This document shows, piece by piece, positions 1 to 8,938 of a stretch of DNA of 12,852 nt. How positions within the stretch are numbered: position 1 is the first letter of the stretch; every line of letters starts with the position of its first letter. The position numbers were made by a program, and so were the translations under genes. Source of the stretch: Azolla caroliniana. Lineage: Eukaryota > Plantae > Polypodiophyta. Under the pieces are notes generated by a model that worked only from the letters and a program-made list of their open reading frames with translations, made no database searches and had not been told where the DNA came from. The stretch lies in assembly GCA_043228905.1 (NCBI GenBank), contig JBHGNT010001024.1, forward strand, positions 1-12,852, written 5' to 3'.

Positions 1-300
1 CTACTCTTTCCTACATGTATAAGTGATTGGGGTTATCTCCCCCGTAAACATAGATTACAAAATTAATCTAAATTTATATTACAAGTCAATCGGCATAAAG
101 CCGAGTTGGTAAGGGTAAAGTTGGTGTTTAGCCTAGTTTCGCTAGCCTCAAGGTTAGGTTGGTTCGATTCGGTCAAATTGACTTGTTCGAATCGTTTTTC
201 GTTCGAATTGGTCCGAATATCGAAGTCGGCTTGTGTCCGATTCTCGACTGCGGCCTTGTGTCGATTGTTCGTAGCTCGCTTGTGTCTGCTCCTATGCTCC

Positions 301-1044
301 TCATTGGATCCTCGATCTGTATCCGAGTTCGTTTGCCTCTCGATCGTTTCCTTTCCAGTCGGTATCCTCACTCAATGCTATTTCTTCAGGCCCTTGTGTT
401 TCCGAACGTGTCGATTTCGCTCTTCTTGTGAGTATGTTCAAGTTGGTTTTCGACTTCCCTTCTGCTCCTTGTTCAGCTTTCTTCTGCTCGGTCGCTTGTC
501 GTAGTCCCATCTTTGTCCTCAGTGTTCTGAAGCGTTGATCTGGGAGTGGTTTCATCAAGCAATCGGCGATGTTCACCTCGGTGTTGATCTTCCAGACTTC
601 GAGCTTCTTTTCGGTTATCAACTCCCGGATGTGATGATACCGCACCTCAATATGTTTTTTCTTTGCGTGATAAACAGGGTTGTTGATGAGGTGTATTGCG
701 CTCTATGAGTCGCAATAGATGGTCGGCACTGGTCAATCGATTCGGCTTGTAGCCGAAAAGTCGGCAGTTAGTCGATGCAGCCAGATCGCTTCCTTCGTTG
801 CCTCCGATGTTCTTATGTACTCGACCTTTGTGGTAGACAAGTTCATGCACTCTTGGATCTTTGATCTCCATGATGTAGCGTCGCCACCGTAGGTGAAGAT
901 CTAACCTGATGTCGACTTCCGATTATCCGAATTCCCAGCATAGTCGGAGTCGGTGTAGCCTTCGAATTCGATCGGGTTTGCCAATCCGAAAGTCAGTTGT
1001 GTATCTTTGGTTCCTTTTGGGTACTTGAAAATGTGTTTGACGGC
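301..1044 (-). pseudogene. pol: 3' end of Ty1/copia pol (RT-RNase H junction and RNase H), decayed; continuation of element C at 4648-8479
   Basis: Minus-strand translation gives AVKHIFKYPKGTK...EGYTDSDYAGNSDNRKSTSG*, IYCDS*SAIHLINNPVYHAKKKHIEVRYHHIRE and VNIADCLMKPL, which are typical copia RNase H motifs. In-frame stops at ~901 and ~703. Confidence 0.93.
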
Positions 1045-1165
1045 TGTTACCTTGTACGAGATGTACGGAGAGTCAAGTGTGATGATCGAGGGTCGAATGT
1101 TATCATGATGTTGTTGTGTATGTGTAGGAGGCATAAATGTAATTGTGAGTCTATACGTATGTGAA

Positions 1166-1191
1166 CACATGCACACACGTGTGTGCATGTG
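1166..1191. promoter_or_regulatory. Perfect 26-bp palindrome in LTR U3: G-box flanked by two RY motifs (copy at 4256-4281)
   Basis: CACATGCACACACGTGTGTGCATGTG equals its own reverse complement and contains CATGCA, CACGTG and TGCATG. Confidence 0.6.
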
Positions 1192-1274
1192 GATGGATAC
1201 GAGGAGGTGTGAGTGAGTGTCCAGTATGAATGCTCAATGGGGCTTACACCCTATGTATCTACCCCCTCTTGTAC

Positions 1275-1281
1275 TATTTAA
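1275..1281 (+). promoter_or_regulatory. TATA-like box of LTR A (copy at 4365-4371)
   Basis: CTATTTAA in mid-LTR, followed by a pyrimidine-rich leader-like tract. The same octamer occurs in LTR B. Confidence 0.6.
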
Positions 1282-1562
1282 CCCCTTATGGGGAATGAAT
1301 GAAACATGAATGAACATTTCTCTCTAATCTCTCTCTCTTTGACACCTTTTCTCTTCTCTCCCCCTCTCTCACGTTGAACCCCCTTGGGAGGGGGGTGGAG
1401 CCATTCTAGGCACCACCCCCCACCCCGCAATGCTTCTCTATATGATCTCTCTCCACCATCATACTCTTCATCATCTTTGCTATTTCACCATGTCTATCTT
1501 CGTCATCGTTAACCATCATCATCCTTAACCCTAACCCTAACTCTAAAACCTACAACACCTTT

Positions 1563-1573
1563 TGGCGACCACA
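1563..1573 (+). other. Primer-binding site of element A, probably tRNA-Arg(UCG)
   Basis: TGGCGACCACA lies 5 nt after the LTR end and is complementary to ...UGUGGUCG-CCA, the 3' end I recall for plant tRNA-Arg(UCG). Not database-checked. Confidence 0.75.
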
Positions 1574-3006
1574 ACGACGGACCCCCTTTGATGAAGAAGT
1601 CCAAGAAGAGAACGTGGCAGCATGATGTGCGAGAAATGACAGAAACATGCAAATGACGGCGACGATGTTCAATGTATGTGCAAGCGAAGAAATGGAAACG
1701 ATGACGTTTGTGTACGAGTGCAAGAAATGATGATGCGATGGAGGAATGCATGAATGGCAACAATGGTTGTGCGAGGTTGCGATTAGTGTCAATGTGCGGG
1801 TTTCCGATGCGGTTAGCGACAATGTGCGTGTTTTTGAAAGCGTGGTGCAAGATGCACGGCTGTACAAACTGCGATGCAGTGGGAACCGGTGCCAGCACGA
1901 CCGGAACGAAGAAGCCCACCAGGAGACTGCGGAGAAAGTCGCAGTGTGTGGTGCGAAGACCGGCAGGATGTGCTGAGAATGCACGAGAGGTGGTTCTAAA
2001 AGAAGCAACACAGAGAGAGTCGGAACCGGAATCGGAACCAGAACCGGAGCCGGTTAACACTGAAGGGTCGAAGAAGACCCAGACATTGACCAACAAAGAA
2101 ACCAACAACGCAGACCAGACATCTACGACCAAAGAAACCAACAACGCCAGAAAGAGACGATCGGATGCACCAGACAAAGACAGACAAAGACGACGAAAAG
2201 AGACTACTCAAACAGACAGAAAGAATGGAACAACGAAGGAGAAACACGACTAGAACAAATGCTAAGAACCAGTACAACAAAAACAGGACCACATGTGCCC
2301 TCTAGGTCATCGTCATCAACTGGGAAAGCAGAAAAAAAAAACAACTGCGACCGGAGCGGCAACCGACCAAAATGGCTAGATATGGGAGCAGCCGGACAAC
2401 ATTCAAACTGACTACCGGAAAACCGGCCGGAACAGACCAGAAGACGACGGACGGTGCCGGACTACGACAAACCAACAGAGGAACGAAGGCCGGATGGCCA
2501 CCGTATGGGAGCGGTTGAAGCACGGCGGAAGAGCGACCGGTATGGCGGCCAGAATGCGGGACAAATGGCCGAACGACGACGACGCTATACGGCAGAGGCC
2601 GGACAGCGGCGGCGAATGGCAACCCGAAACCCTACACAACAGTCAAAGAGTGGCCGAAGAGTAGCGGCCAGATTGTGTGCAGAGCGGGCAAGCGACGGAC
2701 GAGGTTGGACTATGACGAACCGGCAGAGACGACAACAGAAACGGAAACAGGGCTGGATGGAAAGGCGCCGGACAAGACCGAACAACTCGAGTGAAGGACG
2801 AATGGCGACAGAAACGACCGGAAAGCCAACGACCGAACGGAGAACGGTGATGAAGACGGAAGATGACGGGACGGTTGCAGAGATGGAGAGACAACCAGAG
2901 TGGTAACGGTCGGCACAGTGACAAAGCAATGACCAGAACGGACCGGACAACCGGACAAACGACAAAAACGACCGGAAAGACGAAGGGACGACCGAACATG
3001 CCAAAT

Positions 3007-3103
3007 GGACGAAGCGGCCGAACAACGATAGTTGGAGACAGGGACGACCGACCACAACAGTGAGGGAGACAGGGACGAAGCGGCCGAACAACGATAGTTG
3101 GAG
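3007..3103 (+). repeat. 31-bp direct repeat in the interior of A
   Basis: GGACGAAGCGGCCGAACAACGATAGTTGGAG at 3007-3037 and 3073-3103. Confidence 0.85.
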
Positions 3104-3720
3104 CAGTGCCCCGATTGCGGCCGAACAGTGGCGGCCAACAAACGAACATACAATCGACAATGATGAAAGAGAAGAAGAAGATGAAGAAGAGAAGAAGGAA
3201 GGGAAGGAAAAGAAGAAGCACAAGAGGTGTTGGCGGCCAGACAACCGATGGTCGTAAAGAATAGAGACAGCTGGACAGAGATGGCAGACCATAGAATGGC
3301 CGGACAGGGCCGACAGAGACGGCAATGACGCCAAACGATGGCAGAACAGGAACGGAAAGCGGCGGCTGGACAGCCACGTCCGAGCATCGGAGGACACTGA
3401 TGGCAACGGCGATGGACCCAGAGACGGAAACAGAAAAAAAAAAAAACAGAGACCGAGACGGAGATGAACAGAGAAGGCCGTACAAACACACAACGACACA
3501 CAAAAGCAGAGCGTGACAGCCACGGACAATGGACATAGAATAGCGGTGGTGAAAGAAGGAAGAAAAACGAGAAGAGAGGATGAAGATAAAAAGAAGAGAA
3601 AGATGAAACAGAATCAGAAAAGAAGAAGAAGAAACAGACAACGATAAGAGAGAGAAAACGCAGAAAACAAGAATAAGAAGAAACAAGAGAGGAAGAAGAA
3701 AAAGCAAGAAAGAAAACACA

Positions 3721-3842
3721 AAAAGAGAGGGGGGGGGCATGTAACAAATATTGAAACCCTGAGGGTACTGAATGAAATTGTCAAAATTCGAGGGTATGTA
3801 ATAAAAATTTTAAAACTTGAGGGCACCGACGAAATTGTAAAA
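3721..3842 (+). repeat. Degenerate ~29-bp repeat (4 units, alternating a-b-a-b)
   Basis: GAGGG cores at 3727, 3761, 3790 and 3819, each preceded by an A run. Units 1 and 3 continue YATGTAAYAAA; units 2 and 4 end GAAATTGT. Confidence 0.6.
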
Positions 3843-4091
3843 ACTCATCCACCTAGAGAAATGGATGTGATCAACAACGACAACTCACACAAAATTAAAG
3901 GAAGATACACATACACACAACATTTTTGGACCCATGACGAAGTTCGTAAGTCGACAGAACGAGAATGTTCGTGTCGCGGAAGATTTGCTGACCAACAAAG
4001 ATGGTCGAGTCAAGCACTCCGATCGAGGGAGTCAATCGTTGAAAGGACCGATGGAAGTTTTGGTCGAAGAAATATCATCATCAAGGCATGT

Positions 4092-4129
4092 GGGATCGAC
4101 GTGCAAGGCACTTTCCCACGGGCGTGCCA
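4092..4129 (+). other. tRNA-Arg 3'-end-like motif (PBS on the - strand) at the expected PPT position of element A
   Basis: GGGATCGACGTGCAAGGCACTTTCCCACGGGCGTGCCA ends 5 nt before the 3' LTR and is 34/38 identical to the reverse complement of 8901-8938. Confidence 0.8.
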
Positions 4130-4134
4130 TATTG

Positions 4135-4647
4135 TGTTACCTTGTATGAGATGTACGGAGAGTCAAGTGTGATGATCGAGGGTCGAATGTTATCATGATG
4201 TTGTTGTGTATGTGTAGGAGGCATAAATGTAATTGTGAGTCTATACGTATGTGAACACATGCACACACGTGTGTGCATGTGGATGGATACGAGGAGGTGT
4301 GAGTGAGTGTCCAGTATGAATGCTCAATGGGGCTTACACCCTATGTATCTACCCCCTCTTGTACTATTTAACCCCTTATGGGGAATGAATGAAACATGAA
4401 TGAACATTTCTCTCTAATCTCTCTCTCTTTGACACCTTTTCTCTTCTCTCCCCCTCTCTCACGTTGAACCCCCTTGGGAGGGGGGTGGAGCCATTCTAGG
4501 CACCACCCCCCACCCCGCAATGCTTCTCTATATGATCTCTCTCCACCATCATACTCTTCATCATCTTTGCTATTTCACCATGTCTATCTTCGTCATCGTT
4601 AACCATCATCATCGTTAACCCTAACCCTAACTCTAAAACCTACAACA
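4135..4647 (+). repeat. 3' LTR of element A
   Basis: Matches 1045-1557 except C1057/T4147 and C1524/G4614 (by-eye comparison). Confidence 0.95.
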
Positions 4648-4781
4648 ATAAATAACGAAAGCTTCATTTGAGATCGAACTATGTCTACGCTTCAATCATA
4701 TCTTCTGTCATACTCTTTGTGTTGTTTGTTGTGCACATTCACCAACAGGTCCTCACTTGCTTCTGTGCATTCATTCCATCA
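4648..4781 (+). repeat. 3' remnant (134 bp) of the copia 5' LTR
   Basis: Ends ...TTCCATCA, 2 nt before the PBS. The left end abuts the LTR of A. Confidence 0.75.
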
Positions 4782-4783
4782 AT

Positions 4784-4795
4784 TGGTATCAGAGC
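4784..4795 (+). other. Primer-binding site, initiator tRNA-Met
   Basis: TGGTATCAGAGC, the canonical plant iMet PBS. Confidence 0.95.
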
Positions 4796-5732
4796 GACCT
4801 GCTGTTCAACAGAAACAAAAGCAACAGAGGAAGCTAAAAAAGAAGACAAGGTCAGAAAAATAAATCTCACTTTCAAAAAAGAATATGGCTTCAACATCCG
4901 GAACGACAATTGAAATCAGAAAGTTCAATGGCAAAAAAATTTCCTTGTGGAAGGAGATGATGCAGGATGTGCTGATCATCAGAAAAAAAAACCCATTTCG
5001 ATGAAAGTCGAAGAGTGGAGATCCATAGACGAAATCGCGCACTCCACCATCCGAATGCACCTGGCCGAAAATGTCTACTTCAGCATGGTTAAGGAGACAA
5101 CAACTTTCTCGTTATGGGAGAAGTTGCAAGTAGTGTACAAAAAGAAGTCCTCCTTGTCAAAACTCATATTGATTCGACATCTATTCAATATAAAGATGAG
5201 AGAGTTAGATCTTGCTACCTCCCACATCAACAGCTTCAACCGGGTGTTGTCTGAACTCTCCTCCCAAGGGATTAACTTTGAAGAAGAAGCTAAAGCCCTT
5301 GCCCTCCTATCGAGCTTGCCAACGAGTTGGGAGGTATTCTGCACGACATTTGCCAATAGCCGTCCGATCCTAAATCTAGATGAGACGATCGGCCAAGTCC
5401 TCATTGAGGATATTCGGCGAAAATCGATGGGACTCACCATTGATGGATCGGCAGAAGCCCACCACTCGGCAGAGTCAATAAAAGAAAAAACCGATAGAAC
5501 CAGTTGACACCATAGTCAATCGAAAACAAGGGGAGACCGACAACGGTTGAAGTTGAGACCGGGCCGATTAGGCGAAAAATGCACCGATTGTAGAAAAATC
5601 GGTCACAATGTTTTCGACTGCTAGTTGATCAAGAGGAAAAAGAGTGGCCGACAATTTGAGCGGAATTGAGGACGATCCGACTCGAACCACTCTCCAATCA
5701 ACAACCAAGTCAATGTTGTTGACACTCGTTCT

Positions 5733-5811
5733 GGAGAAATCCTCTCCTTGGAGGACTTGATGATCGGAGAAATCCTCTCCTTAGAGGACTCGATGATCGG
5801 AGAAGTCCTCT
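5733..5811 (+). repeat. 33-bp tandem duplication (2.4 copies) between zinc knuckle and protease
   Basis: GGAGAAATCCTCTCCTTRGAGGACTYGATGATC at 5733 and 5766, partial copy at 5799. Confidence 0.85.
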
Positions 5812-8474
5812 ACAGTGCGCAAGACGTGCACACATGTTTGCTAGATTCTGACGCCACATTTCATGTAACCCCAAACATCAAATGGTTTTCGAACTATTCA
5901 CCCGAACCCAGCGGCACAATCTGACCCGACAACGGGCAAGAGTGCCTAATCATAGGGATCAGAGAGGTCCCCATCTGACTGCCGAATGACAACATGATAA
6001 CCCTGCACCAAGTTCGGCACGTACCCGATCTGAAGAGGAGTTTGGTCTTCATCGGCATGTTAGCCGAAGACGGGTACTGAACGACTCTCAATGCATTGGC
6101 ATGGATGATCTGCCATGGAAACCTAAAAATAAGAAGCGGACAAAAGTACAACAACTTGTATCCAATGATGGTGATCAATCCAGAAGGGGCCGTGAACGTA
6201 GTCGACAAGACCGACCCGAACCTATGGCATGTGATGGTGGTCGGCTATATTCCAAAATTCCAAGCAAAGATGGACTTCTGCAAGCACTTTCAATACAGGA
6301 AACTGACCTAAAGTCAGCAATCCCTTCATTATGAGACGATATGTCAGCCCCTAGAGCTCGTGCACGTAGATATATGTGGGTTGATGCCCGAAAGATCTTT
6401 AAGTGGCTCCCGGGACTTCATCACATTCGTTGATGATTGTACACAAAAGGTCTGGGCCTATTTGATTTGGTCAAAAGACGAAGTGGTCGAGACCTTCGCT
6501 CGAGGGTTAATTGAAGCGGGGAACTGGTCGGGACATAGAGTGAAGACACTCCGTTCTGACAATGGAGACGAATATACCTCCCGATCCTTCAAATAGTACC
6601 TGTCTGACAAAGGGATCCGAAACCAAAAGACCGTTCCACACACACCCATTCATAATGGAGTGGCAGTACGGATCAACCAAACGATCCCAAGGAGGATGAC
6701 AACAATGCCCCAACAAGTCGGATTGAAGCCAAAGTTCTAGGCTGAAGCATTGCAAACGACAGTATATTTGATAAATCTATCACCGTCGAAAGCAATCAGG
6801 CTCGAAGTGCCACAAGCATTATGGTCAAGCAAACAAACAACCTATGAAAGGCTTTGAATTTTCATATGCGAAGCTTACACATTTATCCATAGGGAGAAAA
6901 GGACCAAGTTGGTACCCCATGCAACAAAATGCATATTTCTCAGTTATGGAACTGGAGAATCAGAAATTGATCCGAAACGGTAACGTAGTCTTCAATGAAG
7001 ATTCTATCCTCTCTGAGCGGAACTAGCAGAAAGTAGTGGGCAAAAAGCTCTCTTTCAAAATCGACAGAGAAATTGTAGAAAGACCTACCCACCGGGCTGG
7101 ATCGAAGATTTGACAAATAGTCGAACTCGAAGAAAAAGCCATCAAAGACAAAGCCAAATCGACAAGAGTCGAAAAAGACAAAGTTGACAAGGTGTGAATC
7201 GAAAATGACTCAACTAAGCCTCTCAATCCTGAAGTAGGGGAGGTTGCGGTAAAATCACCGAAATCCTATCACAGGGGCAAGTCATCCGAAACGACTCCTT
7301 ACATAAATGGCTCAACAAATGCCGATTGCCCGACATAGACGATTGAAAGATCCGAACAGATCATTACAACAGTCAAGAGATTTGGACGAAATCGAAGGCG
7401 GACAGAGTTCTATCAACCGGGCCTCGACTACGTCAACTACACCGATGCAGACGAACCAAGCACATATGAAGAAGCTATAGCCGCATCAAACGCTGATACA
7501 TGGCTACAAACCATGCAATCCGAGATGGATTCGATTCAACATAATCAAACATGGGAGTTGGTCGAACTACCAGCTGGAAGAAAGTCGTTGTCCTACAATG
7601 GGTCTTCCGATACAAATATGTATTCGACTCAGAAAAGCCCAAATACAAAGCTCAGCTCATCGTGAAGGGATTCAAACAAAAACATGGGATCGACTACGAC
7701 GAGATATTCTCACCAGTAGTCATGATGACCACCCTTCGGCTCCTACTCAGGGTCGTGGCAACCGAAGACCTAGAGCTTGAGCAATTGGATGTCAAGACGA
7801 CTTTCCTACACAGAGACCTAGAAGAGGACATTTACATGTCCCAACCGGTAGTCTTCACGGTGACGGGGGAGGAAGGTCACCTCGTATGTCGATTGAAGAA
7901 AAGCCTTTACGGCTGAAAACAAGCACCGAGGATGTGGTACCAGAAGTTTGACTCCTACATCCAATTACTCGGTTACAACTGGTCCAACTCCGACCCATGT
8001 TTATATACTCGGCAACAGGCTGATGAGTCCTGGATTAATCTGATCCTATATGTCGACGACATGCTGATTGTAGGGAGCAATCAACCCGAAATCGGAAAGC
8101 TAAAGCGGAGCCTTCACGACAAGTTCGCGATGAAGGAACTCGGACAAGCCCAACACATACTGGGCATGAGGATCGAGCGAAATCAGAAGACGAAGACTCT
8201 CCGACTCTCCTAGTCTGACTACATCGGAAAGATGTTGAGGCACTTCAACATGGAGCACGCGAAGTCAACACCAACACCGCTTTCGTCGTCGATTTGACTA
8301 TCAGACAAAGACTCTCCTTCGATGGACAAGGAGAGAGAGCTCAATGGAAAGATACCTTACGCATCAACAGTAGGAAGTATCATGTGCCCGATGGTGGCGA
8401 CCAGACCCGATCTTGCATATGTTGAAGGGGTCGTTATTCGGTACATGTCGAATCCAGGACGGAAGCATTGGGAG

Positions 8475-8479
8475 GCCGT
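8475..8479 (+). other. Target-site duplication GCCGT; second copy is ACGGC at 1040-1044 (GCCGT on -)
   Basis: Joining 8479(+) to 1039(-) with one GCCGT copy restores CAT TGG GAG GCC GTC AAA CAC ATT TTC AAG TAC = HWEAVKHIFKY in frame. Confidence 0.9.
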
Positions 8480-8898
8480 TGTTATTCGCTAGCCGGACAA
8501 GGCCTAACACAAGGTGTCACGGAGACACTTCACCAAAGGGTGATTACGGCATAGAATTAAGATTCAACGATTACAACGACTTACGTAGGTTACACGATTA
8601 GATTGCTTTGGTTAATTACACGCGTAAGATACAGCAGTAAGTACAGAACGGAAATCAAGACAGAAGTACAAACATCATAAGCTCTATTAATTATCCGCTG
8701 CGATTACAATGGGGTCCGGGCCTTTAAATAGGTTTCCGGCCCGTAGTACAAAACGGTGCCTATCGCACCTATTCGGGATCCGTCCGGATCTGGAACGGCA
8801 TACCGTTTCCAGTCCGTCCGTCCACACTATGCTCATTTACAACCATATTTAATTAATTCCTTCACTCCGTATTTTGGACTCCTTGCCGGCCGGTAACA
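8480..8898 (-). repeat. 3' LTR of element B (419 bp)
   Basis: On - it reads TGTTACCGG...GCGAATAACA (TGTTA/TAACA terminal inverted repeat). TATTTAA on - at 8724-8730. It interrupts the copia RT exactly at 8479/8480. The partner LTR is not in the window. Confidence 0.85.
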
Positions 8899-8900
8899 CA

Positions 8901-8938
8901 TGGCACGCCCGTGGGACAGTACCTTGTACGTCGAACCC
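8901..8938 (-). other. tRNA-Arg 3'-end-like motif (antisense PBS) at the expected PPT position of element B
   Basis: Element sense reads GGGTTCGACGTACAAGGTACTGTCCCACGGGCGTGCCA-TG-LTR. On + it reads as a PBS, TGGCACGCCCGTGGGAC. Confidence 0.8.

Larger units (their letters stand above)
1045..1557 (+). repeat. 5' LTR of element A
   Basis: TGTTACC...CCTACAACA, repeated at 4135-4647 (offset 3090). TATTTAA at 1275-1281 followed by a CT-rich tract orients it on +. Confidence 0.95.
1045..4647 (+). mobile_element. Element A: complete non-autonomous LTR retroelement (LARD/TRIM-like, 3.6 kb), probably a dependant of a Tat/Athila-like gypsy family
   Basis: 513-bp direct repeats with TG...CA ends. PBS-like TGGCGACCACA after the first LTR. 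No recognisable gag/pol motif in the 2577-bp interior. Shares the TGTTACC LTR start and a 38-nt pre-LTR motif with element B. Confidence 0.9.
4648..8479 (+). mobile_element. Element C: 5' portion of a decayed Ty1/copia retrotransposon (LTR remnant, PBS, gag, PR, IN, RT), Tnt1/Tork-like
   Basis: Domain order gag-PR-IN-RT, Met PBS, truncated at ...NPGRKHWEAV. The lineage call is a resemblance only. Confidence 0.93.
4885..8479 (+). pseudogene. gag-pol: Copia gag-pol polyprotein, many stops, frameshifts and small deletions
   Basis: ATG 4885 MASTSGTTIEIRKFNGKKISLWKEMM; zinc knuckle CTDCRKIGHNVFDC 5580-5621; protease LLDSDATFH (~5844, DSG changed to DSD); integrase LELVHVDICG and LRSDNG; RT QLDVKTTFL, LKKSLYG and YVDDML (8049). 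Confidence 0.93.

Noticed and set aside
36-44. GGGGGAGA on - as the PPT of the copia element
   Set aside because: Followed by TAACCCC rather than a TG LTR start, and there is no overlap with the 4648-4781 LTR remnant to confirm it. The copia 3' LTR boundary cannot be placed.
901-1188. 95-aa - strand ORF as a gene
   Set aside because: Chimeric: antisense LTR A sequence read through the 1044/1045 junction into copia RNase H. The same N-terminus recurs at 4081-4278.
1708-2253. 181-aa Cys-rich + strand ORF as a gag remnant
   Set aside because: No CX2CX4HX4C knuckle or capsid-like motif recognised, and the C-terminal half is repeat-derived.
2900-3130. CRISPR-like repeat-spacer array
   Set aside because: Only two copies of the 31-bp repeat, no cas genes, and a eukaryotic retroelement context.
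3721-3746. AAAAGAGAGGGGGGGGG-CA-TGTAAC as PPT plus start of a nested LTR
   Set aside because: No second copy or TSD was found, it lies ~400 bp from LTR A, and it aligns as the first unit of the local 29-bp repeat. It cannot be fully excluded as an internal primer.
2585-3747. Three overlapping 314-365 aa - strand ORFs
   Set aside because: F/L/S/V/C-rich low-complexity products in all three frames. They result from the A-poor - strand lacking stop codons, and show no domain motifs.
8901-8938. A true tRNA gene or SINE
   Set aside because: Only the T-arm and acceptor 3' portion is present, with encoded CCA and an insert. No D arm, anticodon arm or A box.
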